Source: Candidatus Eiseniibacteriota bacterium
GTDB lineage: Bacteria > Eisenbacteria > RBG-16-71-46 > CAVPCR01
Direction: 5' to 3'
DNA length: 64,000 nt
NCBI GenBank assembly: GCA_963702435.1
Contig: CAVPCR010000001.1
Coordinates: 320,001 to 384,000, forward strand
Below, one piece after another: positions 63,186-64,000 of the stretch. Each line of letters starts with the position of its first letter. Within the stretch, counting starts at the first letter, position 1. Position numbers and translations under genes: made by a program. The notes under the pieces were generated by a model. The model made no database searches, was not told the origin of the DNA, and saw only the letters and a list, made by a program, of their open reading frames with translations.

Positions 63186-64000
63186 TTACAATCCTCCAGC
63201 AGATTTCCGCTCCGCGTCGTAGCGGCCCCAGTCGAGGCGGTAGAGCGTGTAGGCGATGGGCGCCGGCGAGCGCACGCCGAGCCCCTCGATCCGGCACCAC
63301 TGGACCGGCTCGAGCGCGCCGCCGAAGGCGCCGGCGAGCCGCTCCGGCTCGGGGTGGCGATCCACGAGATAGGCGGGGCGCACGATGTCGGCGAAGAGGA
63401 GCCCGGCGGCGATGTCCTCGATCGGATGCGCGTTCACGAGCGGCAGCAGCTCGGGCGTGACGAGACCTGCCAGATCGATCACGCGCCGCTCCGAGTAGTA
63501 GCCGAAGGCGCCGATGTCGGCGATCGCGATCGCGGTCCCGGGCGGGGTGTTCTCGCGACACCAGCGGCCGAGTCCGCCCAGGCAATCCTCGACCCCGCTG
63601 CTGAACGTGTGCGTATGCGGGTAGACGACGCGGGCGAGGACCGCCGCGTTCTGGATCACGACGAGCGCGGCGAGGAGCGACGCCGCGCGGGCGAGCGTGC
63701 GCTCGCCGCGGAGCAGCACGCCGAGCGCCATGAAGCCGTAGAGGACGACGACCGGGATGAGCGGCAGCGCGTAGCGCGAGAGCACGTCGAATCCGGTTGC
63801 CAGATAGAGGAGCGGGAGGCCGGCGAGCCAGAGGAGCGCCGGACCGTGGCGGCGGAGCGCGAGCCGATCCGCCCCGCGGCGGGCCGCGACCGCCGTGCGA
63901 TCGACCTGCCGGCGGCCGCTGATCGCGAGCGCGACGAGTCCCGCGACGACGAGGAGCGCCTCGATCCCGCTCGTCGTCGCGACCGCGCGGGCGACATCAC
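63186..64000 (-). CDS. Membrane protein, glycosyltransferase-like C-terminal part (5' end outside the window)
   Basis: Frame open to the window edge; SRYALPL, DIGAFGYYS...IDLAGLVTP. Confidence 0.7.
   Translation of the reverse strand, partial: DVARAVATTSGIEALLVVAGLVALAISGRRQVDRTAVAARRGADRLALRRHGPALLWLAGLPLLYLATGFDVLSRYALPLIPVVVLYGFMALGVLLRGERTLARAASLLAALVVIQNAAVLARVVYPHTHTFSSGVEDCLGGLGRWCRENTPPGTAIAIADIGAFGYYSERRVIDLAGLVTPELLPLVNAHPIEDIAAGLLFADIVRPAYLVDRHPEPERLAGAFGGALEPVQWCRIEGLGVRSPAPIAYTLYRLDWGRYDAERKSAGGL

Overview
Very GC-rich bacterial genomic DNA. Many secreted proteins end in FlgD-Ig/T9SS-like or TWGxIK C-terminal tails, which suggests an FCB-related candidate lineage such as Eisenbacteria, Krumholzibacteria or Latescibacteria (inference). 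From left to right the window holds: a tolQRAB-pal-cpoB operon, rtcB, a group 3d NAD-linked [NiFe]-hydrogenase operon (hoxFUYHW) with a receiver protein and a histidine kinase, a block of secreted proteins, an msrB-msrA fusion, and a chlD-like AAA+/vWA gene split by a probable -1 programmed frameshift. An accessory island at about 35-57.6 kb follows, containing an IS21-broken AbiE toxin-antitoxin pair, an IS256, a RIT element and two copies of a short tyrosine recombinase. The window ends with core genes (archease, ligA, acyP, pcm). The most novel-looking feature is in the island. A conserved ~170-nt unit (promoter, multi-hairpin leader and Shine-Dalgarno-like motif) occurs three times. Each copy lies upstream of an unrelated gene pair, a small Cys-rich secreted protein followed by a large secreted protein with a FlgD-like tail. 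Two of the copies sit divergently from the short recombinase. This may be an undescribed integron-like cassette system, a novel cis-regulatory RNA, or both. All calls come from reading the sequence; no database searches were run.
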